The notes under the pieces were generated by a model, which did not search any database, was not told the DNA's origin, and saw only the letters and a list, made by a program, of their open reading frames with translations. The position numbers were made by a program, and so were the translations under genes. A DNA stretch of 64,000 bases, from contig WGBD01000002.1 in NCBI GenBank assembly GCA_015494465.1, forward strand, positions 67,683 through 131,682, in the 5' to 3' direction. The stretch is from Candidatus Omnitrophota bacterium. Its GTDB lineage: Bacteria; Omnitrophota; Gorgyraeia; S143-82. Shown piece after piece: positions 1-8,716 of this stretch. Numbering within the stretch: position 1 is the first letter of the stretch; every line of letters begins with the position of its first letter.

Positions 1-7
1 GATCCTT

Positions 8-91
8 GCCGAAGTGGCGGAACTGGCAGACGCGCATGGTTCAGGACCATGTGTCCTTCCGGACGTGTGGGTTCGAATCCCACCTTCGGCA
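8..91 (+). tRNA. tRNA-Leu (anticodon CAG), class II with long variable arm
   Basis: Acceptor stem GCCGAAG/CTTCGGC with discriminator A. Anticodon arm CATGG-TTCAGGA-CCATG gives CAG. T-loop GGTTCGAATCC. No encoded CCA. Confidence 0.8.
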
Positions 92-985
92 CATTATAGA
101 ATTCAACACCGCAACCCGCTTGTCTATCTCCTTCCGGCTCACCTCTATCAATCGCTTGGGGCCGACATCCTCCACGCAAAACGAGGCAACCGATGTTGCG
201 TAGTAAGCGGACTGGCAAGGGTTGGCATCGTCACCGAACTCCAACCAGGCCCCTAAGAAGGCCCCAGCAAAACTATCACCTGCCCCAGTAGGGTCTACCG
301 CATTCTCAAGGGGATAGGCAGGGACGAAAAACAGATCACTAGTCTCGAATATCAGTGCCCCGCAATCGCCCCTCTTTATCAGGACCATCCCCCCTTCCAA
401 GGCCTCTAATAAGAAGCTACCCGCCCGGAACAGATTGGTTTCCCGGGCCAGCAGGCGTGCCTCCTGATCGTTTAAGACCAAGACATCCACCTGTCTCACC
501 AGCTCCAATATCTCGTCTCGATGATTGAGTATCCAGTGGTCCATCGTGTCCATCATAACCAGATCCGCACTTATCTGAGACAGGACCTCCCTCTGCAGTG
601 CGGGGGCTATGTTGGCCAAAAATAGGGCCTTGGCCTTTTGATACTCCTTGGGTATGACCGGTGAAAAGTCAGCGAATACCCCCAGATCCAAAGATATCGT
701 CTCTCTCTGGTTTATGTCCTCGAAGTACCGTCCTTCCCAAAAGAAGGTCCTCCCCGAAGAGACGCTGATACCTTTGAGATCCAGCCTTGGGAACTCGGAC
801 ATAGCCTCGAGGATCCGCCTGCCCTCCTCGTCGTCGCCCACTACCCCTACCATACCCACCTCCACTTCAAACCTACCCGCGGAAAGGGCAGAGTACACTG
901 CAGATCCCCCAAACACCACCTCCGGTTGCCTCCCCGGGAGGTGTATCCTGTCCTGGGCAATGGAGCCGACCACCACTATGTCCAC
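41..985 (-). CDS. PfkB/ribokinase-family carbohydrate kinase, possibly heptose-7-phosphate kinase-like. The 3' end runs antisense through the tRNA-Leu gene.
   Basis: 314-aa ORF with the C-terminal PfkB signature DPTGAGDSFAGAF and N-terminal VVVGSIAQDRI, which resembles HldE kinase VVGDVMLDRY. gmhB lies 2.5 kb away. Confidence 0.6.
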   Translation of the reverse strand: MDIVVVGSIAQDRIHLPGRQPEVVFGGSAVYSALSAGRFEVEVGMVGVVGDDEEGRRILEAMSEFPRLDLKGISVSSGRTFFWEGRYFEDINQRETISLDLGVFADFSPVIPKEYQKAKALFLANIAPALQREVLSQISADLVMMDTMDHWILNHRDEILELVRQVDVLVLNDQEARLLARETNLFRAGSFLLEALEGGMVLIKRGDCGALIFETSDLFFVPAYPLENAVDPTGAGDSFAGAFLGAWLEFGDDANPCQSAYYATSVASFCVEDVGPKRLIEVSRKEIDKRVAVLNSIMCRRWDSNPHVRKDTWS

Positions 986-2403
986 TTCTTATCCCTCTCC
1001 TTCATCAACTTAACGATCCCTGCCAACAGCACCAAAGCCAACACCACACCGTAGTAAAGCACCATCCAATGCTCATCTACGCCAGCAAGACACAAGGGCA
1101 GGCTCCTGTCCTGTAGCAGGTCTACCACATAGATCATGGCCAGGGCCAGCCCCTTAACCACCACCCCACCTATGAAGCCCAGGCTAAGCACATAGATCAA
1201 CACCATAAAAAGCAGGAAGGTCAATAAGCCTACCAAGACGGGCGTAACTACCCAGCCAACCAAAGGGAAACACCCAAACTTTGCCAACACGATGGGTGCG
1301 AGCCCAACGCTAGCACTGAAGCTCACATACCAGAGATCCAGGATGCTGTGCCGAGACAACAATGAAAGCCCTATCAATATCGCTAGTACAGCTGTAACCG
1401 ACATCAAGAATCCGAGACTGAAGACCTGAAGCGGATCGATCAAGAACACCAGAAAGACGGTCAAACCGAGCACATCGTAGATAGACCACGAGCGCCTTAG
1501 CAGACGAGAGATCAAAAACAGCACCAGCATCACCGAGGCCCTCAATAAGGAAGCGCTCTCGGGTATCATCATAGCGTAAAAGGAGACGAAACCGATAACG
1601 ATGACATCCGCTAACCAACCGGGTAGACCGAATAGCCGAGAGATCAGGTATACGATCATGGCTAGGATAGCGAGGTGCAGGCCACTTATCGCTAATATGT
1701 GGGCCACACCGACCTTAGCGAAGGCCTCCCTCATGCGGGAGAAACCCTGGGTCTTCACCCCCAGAAAGACCGCACTCACCAGAGTCTTCGTCTTTGCAGG
1801 CAAGCCCCTGAAGAGATAGTACATCCCCTTGCGCACCAGATAGGGCCCCTTATAGAGCCAACCGTACCACAGATTCCTGGAGGAAATCCCACCCCCGTAG
1901 TAAAGGAATCCGCCTTTGTGGTACTTGACCGGCATAACGACCAGCTTGCCCACGAGATCGTCTAGGGGCTTACTCTCTCTCCTCCTCGCCATCCGCCGAG
2001 AGACAACCCATACCCTATAAGGAAAGCGCAATCTCTTACCCGCCAACAAGATATCTCGCCCCTGGAGAAGAAGACGATTAGGTCGGGCCAGATCCACCGT
2101 TCTGGCAACGCCTCTCAAGGTGAGCTCTAGTCCATCTCGGGGGAGGAGATCCCTGTAATCCGTTTCAATGCGCCCGTAGAAAGAGGCCCCTATACACGAC
2201 CACACCAACAGGATAACTATGGCCTTCAAAGGGAACCTTTTGATACCAAAGGATCGGAAGAGGAGAAGGGTAAGGGCCAAGAACAGAGGCAGGGCTAGGC
2301 CTGGAACCCACCACCCCCTAAAAAGCGCCCCTAAGAAGAAAACCGCAGACAAGCCCCAAATCCCTGGCAAAGGCCAACTCCTTGCTCTAGTACCTATACC
2401 CAA
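976..2403 (-). CDS. comEC: ComEC/Rec2-family DNA internalization channel protein, short form (DUF4131 plus competence domain; no obvious metallo-beta-lactamase domain)
   Basis: 475-aa polytopic membrane protein containing the ComEC motif AHILAISGLHLAILA. Confidence 0.65.
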   Translation of the reverse strand: MGIGTRARSWPLPGIWGLSAVFFLGALFRGWWVPGLALPLFLALTLLLFRSFGIKRFPLKAIVILLVWSCIGASFYGRIETDYRDLLPRDGLELTLRGVARTVDLARPNRLLLQGRDILLAGKRLRFPYRVWVVSRRMARRRESKPLDDLVGKLVVMPVKYHKGGFLYYGGGISSRNLWYGWLYKGPYLVRKGMYYLFRGLPAKTKTLVSAVFLGVKTQGFSRMREAFAKVGVAHILAISGLHLAILAMIVYLISRLFGLPGWLADVIVIGFVSFYAMMIPESASLLRASVMLVLFLISRLLRRSWSIYDVLGLTVFLVFLIDPLQVFSLGFLMSVTAVLAILIGLSLLSRHSILDLWYVSFSASVGLAPIVLAKFGCFPLVGWVVTPVLVGLLTFLLFMVLIYVLSLGFIGGVVVKGLALAMIYVVDLLQDRSLPLCLAGVDEHWMVLYYGVVLALVLLAGIVKLMKERDKKWT

Positions 2404-2601
2404 GCAACAACCTTTTAATTGCCCTGTTGTCCCCGATCCCCCTCACCTCCAAAAGACGGCAGACCTTACAACTAATGATAACCCGTTTTGTATCTTTGCT
2501 CAATAGCAAGGGAACAGCCCTTAGCAAAACCAATAGAAATATGGGGAGATACACCAAGAGATGTCTTAAAAGGCCGCGAATAAGGGACCGCTTAAAGGAA
2601 A

Positions 2602-2766
2602 TCACCGCTTACGGAGCTCTTTAAGTATCTCGTCCAAGGTCCGGGCGATCCTCTTTAAGAGCTCGTTGTTCTCCTGAAGAAGTTTATCGTGCTTGGCCTG
2701 TATCTTCTTTGCCTCCTGCGCAGCCTTGGCCAGTGCAGCCATATCCTTGAGATTACCGAAATTCAT
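2602..2766 (-). CDS. Small hypothetical coiled-coil protein (54 aa)
   Basis: The 2602..2937 ORF overlaps tRNA-Leu(TAA), so it is trimmed to the internal ATG at 2766. That ATG is preceded by a strong SD (AAGGAGG, 7 nt spacer). Sequence MNFGNLKDMAALAKAAQEAKKIQAKHDKLLQENNELLKRIARTLDEILKELRKR. Confidence 0.4.
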   Translation of the reverse strand: MNFGNLKDMAALAKAAQEAKKIQAKHDKLLQENNELLKRIARTLDEILKELRKR

Positions 2767-2790
2767 GGACCAACCTCCTTGATTTTCCCG

Positions 2791-2876
2791 TGCCGGGAGC
2801 CGGACTTGAACCGGCACGCCCACAAAGGGGCGAGGGATTTTAAGTCCCTTGCGTCTGCCAATTCCGCCATCCCGGC
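2791..2876 (-). tRNA. tRNA-Leu (anticodon TAA), class II
   Basis: Reverse complement reads GCCGGGATGGCGGAATTGGCAGACGC-AGGGA-CTTAAAA-TCCCT-(long variable arm)-GCCGGTTCAAGTCCGGC-TCCCGGCA. Anticodon TAA. Confidence 0.8.
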
Positions 2877-2909
2877 CAAGAGGGAAGGGTCGCGAATCAA
2901 CCCCAAATC

Positions 2910-2985
2910 TGGAGGTGGCGGTGGGATTTGCACCCACGAATAGCGGTTTTGCAGACCGCCCCCTTAGCTACTTGGGCACGCCACC
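2910..2985 (-). tRNA. tRNA-Cys (anticodon GCA), CCA encoded
   Basis: Reverse complement reads GGTGGCG...GCGGT-CTGCAAA-ACCGC...GGTTCAAATCC...CGCCACC-T-CCA. Confidence 0.8.
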
Positions 2986-3061
2986 GTGAAGATAAATTCT
3001 ATTAGAAAAGGCTTAGGTTATCAAGCCCAAAGTCCTCTCCTTAATTAAGGAATCTTTACTA

Positions 3062-3089
3062 TTGACAAACCCAGTTTTACACATAAAAT
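3062..3089 (+). promoter_or_regulatory. Sigma-70-like promoter for rpsT (TTGACA, 16 nt spacer, TAAAAT)
   Basis: -35 TTGACA at 3062-3067 and -10 TAAAAT at 3084-3089, about 45 nt upstream of the rpsT GTG. SD AAGGAGG at 3119-3125. Confidence 0.4.
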
Positions 3090-3134
3090 ATTTCATTCAC
3101 GAAAGTGGACGCGCATTAAGGAGGTAAGTGGGTC

Positions 3135-3404
3135 GTGCCGAACAGACACTGCAAACTCAAGGCCCTCAGGGCAAGCGAAAAGCGCAGGGTAAGGAACCTG
3201 CGGGTAAAGCGCCATGTGAAGAAGACGGTCAAGGCCTATCTTAAGGCCGTCGCCAACAAGGATGTAGAGACGGCCCGGGAGATGTTGCCGACCGTTTTTT
3301 CAGTCTTGGATAAGGCAGCCAAGTACGGGGTCATAAAGAAGAACACCGCCAGCCGGAAGAAGTCCCGGCTCAGCCGGAAACTCTCCGCACTGGTAGGGGC
3401 CTAA
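3135..3404 (+). CDS. rpsT: 30S ribosomal protein S20
   Basis: 89-aa basic protein with the S20-like pattern (KRHVKKTVKAYLKAV...KAAKYGVIKKNTASRKKSRLS). GTG start with SD. Confidence 0.85.
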   Translation: MPNRHCKLKALRASEKRRVRNLRVKRHVKKTVKAYLKAVANKDVETAREMLPTVFSVLDKAAKYGVIKKNTASRKKSRLSRKLSALVGA

Positions 3405-3958
3405 GCCCCTCCCAATCTGTACTCCACGAAGTCCAGAAGGTCTGCACAGACCAAATCCGGCCGATAGTTTTCCGGCCATTCCTTAGGATCGTACACACGA
3501 ACCTGCCCCGACATAACCAAGGCGGTCCTTATCCCTATCCGCTTCCCTGCGACGATGTCCTTGTCGCTATCGCCGACCATAAATATCTCGTCCTTTGGCA
3601 CATCCGGATAATCCTTCAGCACCTGCTCGAAAAACAGGGTCCCCGGTTTACGACAGGCACAGCCCTCATCCGGCCGGTGGGTGCAGTAGAAAACCCGCTT
3701 TAAGGTTATTCCCCTCTCCTCTAGGGCGTCCAGCATGTTCCGGGTAATCTCCTCCAGTGCCTCTTTGCTGTATATCCCCCTTCCCACCCCTGCCTGATTG
3801 GAGACGACGAAGATTTCATAACCTGCAGATGCCAACCTCTCAAGGGCCTTCAGCGAACGCTCTATAAACCTAAACTCCTGCCAAGAGGTTACATACTTCC
3901 CGTATCCGGGGAACTGGTTTATCACCCCGTCCCTGTCCAGGAATATTACCTTTCTCAT
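3401..3958 (-). CDS. gmhB: D-glycero-D-manno-heptose 1,7-bisphosphate phosphatase / HAD-IIIA family phosphatase
   Basis: Motif FLDRDGVIN, VSNQ, a Cys cluster (CTHRPDEGCACRKP), and GDSDKD. Confidence 0.75.
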   Translation of the reverse strand: MRKVIFLDRDGVINQFPGYGKYVTSWQEFRFIERSLKALERLASAGYEIFVVSNQAGVGRGIYSKEALEEITRNMLDALEERGITLKRVFYCTHRPDEGCACRKPGTLFFEQVLKDYPDVPKDEIFMVGDSDKDIVAGKRIGIRTALVMSGQVRVYDPKEWPENYRPDLVCADLLDFVEYRLGGA

Positions 3959-4755
3959 CTCTCCTTTAGCACCTTTATCATCTGGCGGTGCAGGCGCCCG
4001 TTGCTTGCCACCACCTCGGGACGAAAGGGGTCAAACTCGCCTCCGGAGAAATTGCTCACCCTCCCGCCCGCGCACTTCACCATCAAGGCACCTGCAGGGG
4101 TATCCCAAGGCTTCAGGTTGGGCTCCCAGAATCCGTCGAACCTCCCGCAGGCTACATAACACAGGTCCAGCGCTGCCGAACCGTCCCTCCTCACCCCTTG
4201 GGCCCGGTGGAGGAAGGCAATAAAGTGCCCCACATTGTTGTCGGAATCGGAACTGAACCGGTAGGCAAAGCCGGTGCAGACGAGGGCGTCTTCCAAGCGG
4301 GATATCTCGGAGACCCTTATCCTTTTTCGGTTCAGAAAGGCCCCCTCCCCGTCGGAATAAAAGAGTTCTTCCCGAGTGGGGTCGTAGACCACTCCCAAAA
4401 GGACCTCTTTCCCCTGCATCAGGGCAATGGAAGTGCAAAACACGGGATAACCGTGGGCAAAGTTGTTCGTCCCGTCTAGGGGGTCTATTGCCCAGAAGAG
4501 TTCCGCATCCGGGACCTCGGCATTCCTTTCCTCTGCCAGAAAACCGAACTCCTTCCACCTTCGGGAAAGTTCGTTCTTGTAGAACTCTTCTACATACAGG
4601 TCCACCTCGGTCACCAGGTCCTTTTTCCCCTTCTTCCTGCTCCTGGTCCTACCCAAGCGGGAGAGCATATAGGCCCCCGCGCGCAAGGCAAGTTCCTTTA
4701 TCTCCCTTAGGATCCCTCTCCTCTCTCTCTTGCTCAGCACCACCGCTCTCCTCAC
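3955..4755 (-). CDS. Inositol monophosphatase / FBPase-IMPase family protein
   Basis: IMPase signatures WAIDPLDGTNNF and GYPVFCTSIAL. Confidence 0.75.
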   Translation of the reverse strand: MRRAVVLSKRERRGILREIKELALRAGAYMLSRLGRTRSRKKGKKDLVTEVDLYVEEFYKNELSRRWKEFGFLAEERNAEVPDAELFWAIDPLDGTNNFAHGYPVFCTSIALMQGKEVLLGVVYDPTREELFYSDGEGAFLNRKRIRVSEISRLEDALVCTGFAYRFSSDSDNNVGHFIAFLHRAQGVRRDGSAALDLCYVACGRFDGFWEPNLKPWDTPAGALMVKCAGGRVSNFSGGEFDPFRPEVVASNGRLHRQMIKVLKER

Positions 4756-5999
4756 CGGAACAACCTCTCTCCCCTTATCAGGTCCTTAAAGGTCTCCCTC
4801 CTCCTGACCAAGGAAAACCTATCGCCCTCCACCATCACCTCCGCAGGCCGAGGGCGGGAGTTGTAGTTGCTGGCCATCACGAAGCCGTAGGCACCGGCAC
4901 TAAAGACCGCCAACAGATCCCTCGAATCCACCTGAGGGATCTGTCTGTCCTTGGCAAAGAAGTCCCCGCTCTCGCAGACCGGCCCTACCACATCGCAGGT
5001 CATCGTCTCCGAGGTCCTCTCTACCACCGGCCATATGCGGTGATAGGCCTTGTAGAGAGACGGCCTTATGAGATCGTTCATCGCCCCGTCCACCACCACG
5101 AAGTTCTTGGCGGGCGTGCGCTTGACATAGATAACCCTGCAGACGAATATCCCCGAATTGCCGGCGATAAACCTGCCCGGTTCCATCACCATCTTCAGGC
5201 CCAAACGCTTTACATAGGGAATTATCCGACTCGCAAAGACCTCCGCACTGTCGGGATCCTCGTCCTTGTACCTTATCCCCAATCCCCCACCGATGTTGAG
5301 GTACTTAAGGGACCTCGCCTTTGGGCCAAGTCCCTTGATGAACTTCTCCACCTTATCCAAGGCGGTCGCGTAGGGGCTGGTGTCCACTATCTGGGAGCCG
5401 ATGTGGACATGGATCCCCACGATCTCCACCCATGGATAGCGCTTGGGGTTGGAGAATATCTGCTCTGCGGTGTAAAGGTCCACACCAAACTTGTTCTCCT
5501 TCTTTGCGGTGGTGATGTAATCGTGGGTGCGGGCATCGACATCGGGATTCACCCGTATGGCCACCCGCGCCCTTTTCCTCAACCTGCTGGCGACCCTGCT
5601 CAACAGCTCCAGTTCCGCCGACGACTCGACATTGAACATAAGTATGCCCCAGTTGAGGGCCATCTCCATGTCCTCTTCCCTCTTGCCCACGCTGGCGTAG
5701 ACCACCTTTCTGGGGTCGGCCCCGATCCTCTGCACCCGATATATCTCACCGGCAGACACCACATCAAACCCCGAACCCAGCCCCTTAAGGGTGTCCAACA
5801 CCGCCAGATTGGAGTTGGCCTTAACCGAATAGCATATCAACGGCCGAACCTCCCGAAAGGCCCGCTCGAGTTGCTGGTACCTGTCCCTTAAGGAAGATCG
5901 GCTGTAGACGTATACCGGACTACCGTAGCGGGAGACTATCTTCCTCACCGGAACGGCCTCACAGAACAACTCTCCGTTTTCGTATCTAAACCAGTCCAT
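4752..5999 (-). CDS. lysA: Diaminopimelate decarboxylase
   Basis: Fold-III PLP decarboxylase motifs YSVKANSNLAVL and GSGFDVVSAGE. 415 aa. Confidence 0.85.
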   Translation of the reverse strand: MDWFRYENGELFCEAVPVRKIVSRYGSPVYVYSRSSLRDRYQQLERAFREVRPLICYSVKANSNLAVLDTLKGLGSGFDVVSAGEIYRVQRIGADPRKVVYASVGKREEDMEMALNWGILMFNVESSAELELLSRVASRLRKRARVAIRVNPDVDARTHDYITTAKKENKFGVDLYTAEQIFSNPKRYPWVEIVGIHVHIGSQIVDTSPYATALDKVEKFIKGLGPKARSLKYLNIGGGLGIRYKDEDPDSAEVFASRIIPYVKRLGLKMVMEPGRFIAGNSGIFVCRVIYVKRTPAKNFVVVDGAMNDLIRPSLYKAYHRIWPVVERTSETMTCDVVGPVCESGDFFAKDRQIPQVDSRDLLAVFSAGAYGFVMASNYNSRPRPAEVMVEGDRFSLVRRRETFKDLIRGERLFR

Positions 6000-6002
6000 G
6001 GC

Positions 6003-7370
6003 TTATCTCCTCCCCTCCAACAGCCTTATCTGTCGCTCCACATTACCCCAAGCGGTACCGTTGTAAGAGGTCTTGGACTCCACGGACCTGACCGGATCGA
6101 ACAGGGAGCGATAGACCCCCTCCTCTATGTCCACCAGCAACTCCTTCCTGACCAGATCCATCGGCAGGTCCCTGAGGCGGATACCTTCCTTTTCCGCCCG
6201 CCTCACCAGACGCCCCACCGCCATGTGGGCCCTCCTGCTGTCCAGTCCCATCTTTATGAGGACCTCCATAATATCCGTGGCGTAGAGGTAATCGTTCTCC
6301 AAAAGTGCAGACAGCCTCTCTTCCACCAACTCCAGCCCCTTTATCACCGAGGTGCAAACGCCCAGCATCTGGAAGAGGAGCGCGCTCAGGGAGAAGAATA
6401 CCTCCTTGTCCTCCTGCATGTCCCGATTGTAGGTCATAGGCAGGGCCTTCAGTATCGTCAGCAACCTCGTCAGGCCCAGCATCAACTCCACGCTCCTTGC
6501 CCGCATCAGTTCCATGGAGTCGGGATTGCGTTTGTGGGGCATTATACTGGATCCGGTGGAGAACTCCTCGGGTATCCTCAGAAAACCGAACTCGTTCGAC
6601 GAATACATAATCCAGTCCTCCGCCATACGGGAGAGTATCAAACCTACCCTCCCCATCACATACAGGGCATCCAGAAAGTAATCCCGGTTGGCAATCGCAT
6701 CCATACTGTTCTCGTAGATCCGGCTCAGTCCCAGCTCCCCTGCTATGTCCTCGGCAGAGACCGGAAGGGATGTCCCCGCCCCTGCACAGGCGGTAAATGG
6801 AGAGGAAAGACCCGAACGGAAGAAGGTGCACAGTTCCTTTATCCTCTCTATAGCAAAGGCGTAGGAAAGAAGATAATGACTGAAGTAGACCACCTGTGCA
6901 CCCTGCAGGTGGGTGTAAGAGGGGATTATCTTGCCCTTGAGGTCCTTGGCCTTCTCTACCAGGGCATCCTGCAGACGGGATAGGGCGTCGTAGACGCCCC
7001 CGTACCAGTCCCTCAACATCAGTATGCTGTCCCCAGCGACCAGGTCGTTGCGACTGCGGGCGGTGTGAACCTTATCCGCCAGAGATCCCACCACCTCCCG
7101 CAGGGCCTCCTGGACGAAAGAATGCACATCCTCTTCCTCGTAATCCGGGGAGGAATACAACTTGGATATCTTCTCAAGACCTGCTAGAATCTTTTGTGCC
7201 TCCTCACCGCTCAACAGACCCGCCTTCGCGAGGGCCTTCACATGGGCCCGCGTGGCCTCTATCTCGTAAGGATACAAGAATCTATCCGCCTTCCCCCCTC
7301 GGGAAAACTCCCACATCTCCTCTGCGGGCCCCTTCTCAAACCGTCCTCCCCAGAACTGCGCTCTGGCCAT
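6003..7370 (-). CDS. argH: Argininosuccinate lyase
   Basis: N-terminal WGGRFEKGP and the fumarate-lyase signature GSSIMPHKRNPD. 455 aa. Confidence 0.9.
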   Translation of the reverse strand: MARAQFWGGRFEKGPAEEMWEFSRGGKADRFLYPYEIEATRAHVKALAKAGLLSGEEAQKILAGLEKISKLYSSPDYEEEDVHSFVQEALREVVGSLADKVHTARSRNDLVAGDSILMLRDWYGGVYDALSRLQDALVEKAKDLKGKIIPSYTHLQGAQVVYFSHYLLSYAFAIERIKELCTFFRSGLSSPFTACAGAGTSLPVSAEDIAGELGLSRIYENSMDAIANRDYFLDALYVMGRVGLILSRMAEDWIMYSSNEFGFLRIPEEFSTGSSIMPHKRNPDSMELMRARSVELMLGLTRLLTILKALPMTYNRDMQEDKEVFFSLSALLFQMLGVCTSVIKGLELVEERLSALLENDYLYATDIMEVLIKMGLDSRRAHMAVGRLVRRAEKEGIRLRDLPMDLVRKELLVDIEEGVYRSLFDPVRSVESKTSYNGTAWGNVERQIRLLEGRR

Positions 7371-7373
7371 ATC

Positions 7374-8117
7374 TCACCCCTTTTTGAGCAAGAAAAATCC
7401 AACCTCTGCCCTAGCTCGCAGACCACCCCGGGCCTTCCTCAAGTCCTCTTCGGCCCTGCGGAGCCTTTCCCGGGACAGGAACCTCCTGCCCGTCCGGGCA
7501 CCCGTCCCCTTCATAAACCGCAAGAAGTCTAAAAGACTATTATACTGTCTTTCCAATTGCATTACCTCAAAATTTAGCAACGCAAACCGTTCACCCACCA
7601 ACCCTTTCACCTCTTCCAAAGAGAGAAACCCCTCCGCAGGAAACCGGATTCCCAATGCCCTTGCTATCTCCCCAAAGCTCCCCTTGGCAAATACATTGAA
7701 GGCCCAACAGCCCCCATCCCTGAGCGCCTCGTAGACCAGATCCACCAGGGCCTGCCAATCACCTACCCAGTGCAGAGAGGAATTCGCCACCACCAGATCT
7801 ATCCCTGACAGGCCCTCCCAGACCTTAGGGTCCTCCGCTTTCCCAAGGATCGCCTTGCCCTGGGGAAGTCTCTCCTTCCAGAGGGAGAGCATGTTGGGGG
7901 CAGGGTCTATCCCGAATACCTCCTGGACACCCCTCAGCCTCTGCAGGACCTCCAGCGTAAACCACCCGGTACCACAACCGAGGTCGACGAGAGCATCAAC
8001 CTCCAACGGCAGGCCATCGATATATCCCAACAGGCGCAGGCCCACCTCTTTTTGGATGTCCGAGAAGGCATCGTAAGAGTGGGCAGAGGCGTTGAACTCT
8101 TGCACCGGATCCATCAC
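7374..8117 (-). CDS. bioC: SAM-dependent methyltransferase, BioC-like (malonyl-ACP O-methyltransferase candidate)
   Basis: Motif I LVDLGCGTGW. The N-terminal SAHSYDAFSDIQKEV and the C-terminal block are collinear with E. coli BioC (AAHYEQHADLQRQ ... KGIGAT). Confidence 0.55.
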   Translation of the reverse strand: MMDPVQEFNASAHSYDAFSDIQKEVGLRLLGYIDGLPLEVDALVDLGCGTGWFTLEVLQRLRGVQEVFGIDPAPNMLSLWKERLPQGKAILGKAEDPKVWEGLSGIDLVVANSSLHWVGDWQALVDLVYEALRDGGCWAFNVFAKGSFGEIARALGIRFPAEGFLSLEEVKGLVGERFALLNFEVMQLERQYNSLLDFLRFMKGTGARTGRRFLSRERLRRAEEDLRKARGGLRARAEVGFFLLKKG

Positions 8118-8686
8118 GCGGATATGAAGTTGGAGAGCAGTTCCTTGCCGTATTCGGTGAGTATGGATTCAGGGTGAAACTGGACTCCCCAGATAGGCAG
8201 GTCCTTGTGCCTCAGGGCCATTATCTCCCCGTCCTCGCTGTGGGCGATGGCCTTGAGCTCCCCTGGGAGGCGTTTGGGATCTACCACGAGGGAGTGATAC
8301 CTCGTAGCCACGAAGCCCTGAGGAATACCCCTGAAGAGGACATCGTCGTCGTGATATATCCTGGAGACCTTGCCGTGCATCAGCCTGCGGGCGTGGATTA
8401 TCCTTCCCCCGAAGGCCACGCCGATACACTGGTGTCCCAGACAGACCCCGAGGATGGGGACCTCCCCGGCAAACTCCCTTATGACCTCCAGAGATATCCC
8501 TGCATCCTTGGGCCAGCCCGGTCCCGGGGAGATGATAATCTTATCCGGGGAAAACCTCTTCACATCCTCCAGGCCAACATCCCGGGAGCGGAACACAGCA
8601 ATATCATAACCCAGCTCCCCTATGTACTGGACGATGTTGTAGGTAAACGAATCGTAGTTGTCTATCATCAACAGTCGCATGGCCAA
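8114..8686 (-). CDS. Glutamine amidotransferase, anthranilate / aminodeoxychorismate synthase component II
   Basis: Class-I GATase triad context GVCLGHQ and HPES, with N-terminal MIDNYDSFTYN. Confidence 0.85.
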   Translation of the reverse strand: MAMRLLMIDNYDSFTYNIVQYIGELGYDIAVFRSRDVGLEDVKRFSPDKIIISPGPGWPKDAGISLEVIREFAGEVPILGVCLGHQCIGVAFGGRIIHARRLMHGKVSRIYHDDDVLFRGIPQGFVATRYHSLVVDPKRLPGELKAIAHSEDGEIMALRHKDLPIWGVQFHPESILTEYGKELLSNFISA

Positions 8687-8716
8687 GACAATTCTAACAC
8701 AACTTCCCCCGACCCA

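Noticed and set aside
2767-2937. N-terminal extension of the 2602-2937 ORF
   Set aside because: It is encoded antisense across tRNA-Leu(TAA) and the spacer to tRNA-Cys. An internal ATG with a perfect SD at 2766 gives a sensible small protein, so the extension was trimmed.
4488-5891. 467-aa plus-strand ORF (P/H/R-rich)
   Set aside because: It lies antisense to the strongly homologous lysA gene, has low-complexity composition, and shows no recognisable motif. It is a typical shadow ORF of GC-rich DNA. The same applies to 6225-6983, 8174-9043, 9203-10561, 15627-16298, 17595-19061, 21812-22777, 25221-26750, 29524-30147 and 31708-32463.
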